Below are positions 63,970 to 64,000 of a DNA stretch of 64,000 nt, piece after piece. Source of the DNA: Camelus ferus. Lineage: Eukaryota. A model generated the notes under the pieces. That model searched no databases. It was given only the letters and a program-made list of their open reading frames with translations, and was not told the origin of the DNA. The translations under genes were made by a program, and so were the position numbers. Positions within the stretch are counted from its first letter, which is position 1. Each line of letters starts with the position of its first letter. The stretch lies in assembly GCF_009834535.1 (NCBI RefSeq), contig NC_045697.1:1-64000 (forward strand), given 5' to 3'.

Positions 63970-64000
63970 ATACATATAAATATAAATGTATAAATACACA

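Noticed and set aside
1..64000. Prokaryotic systems such as CRISPR arrays or operons
   Set aside because: Spliced mammalian gene, L1/SINE/LTR content and telomeric repeats; no repeat-spacer array seen.

Overview
Mammalian nuclear DNA, most likely camelid (a Vic-1-type tRNA-derived SINE is present). The window has two very different halves separated by a 100-N scaffold gap (34175-34274). Left half (GC-rich): 17 in-frame, GT-AG-bounded + strand exons (human-numbering exons 3-19) of a GH38 alpha-mannosidase of the MAN2B2 family. The ORF is uninterrupted to TGA at 32530-32532, with AATAAA at 32654. Its short exon 5 suggests the epididymal-type variant or paralogue. A CpG island downstream is cut off by the gap. 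Right half (AT-rich): it starts with a (CCCTAA)n telomere array that decays into variant repeats, so a chromosome-end-like contig sits inside the scaffold. Next comes an old ~6.4 kb collinear nuclear mitochondrial insertion (NUMT; COX1 5' part back to the D-loop, - strand) with a nested SINE. A second NUMT piece (CYTB end-tRNA-Thr-tRNA-Pro-D-loop, + strand) lies ~15 kb further on and nearly abuts the first piece on the mtDNA map. About four diverged copies of a composite L1/unique module are also present; one carries a CCAAT/GC-box promoter-like element facing the telomere. Repeat family names and cross-species comparisons come from recalled consensus sequences, not from database searches. Repeat and NUMT boundaries are approximate.
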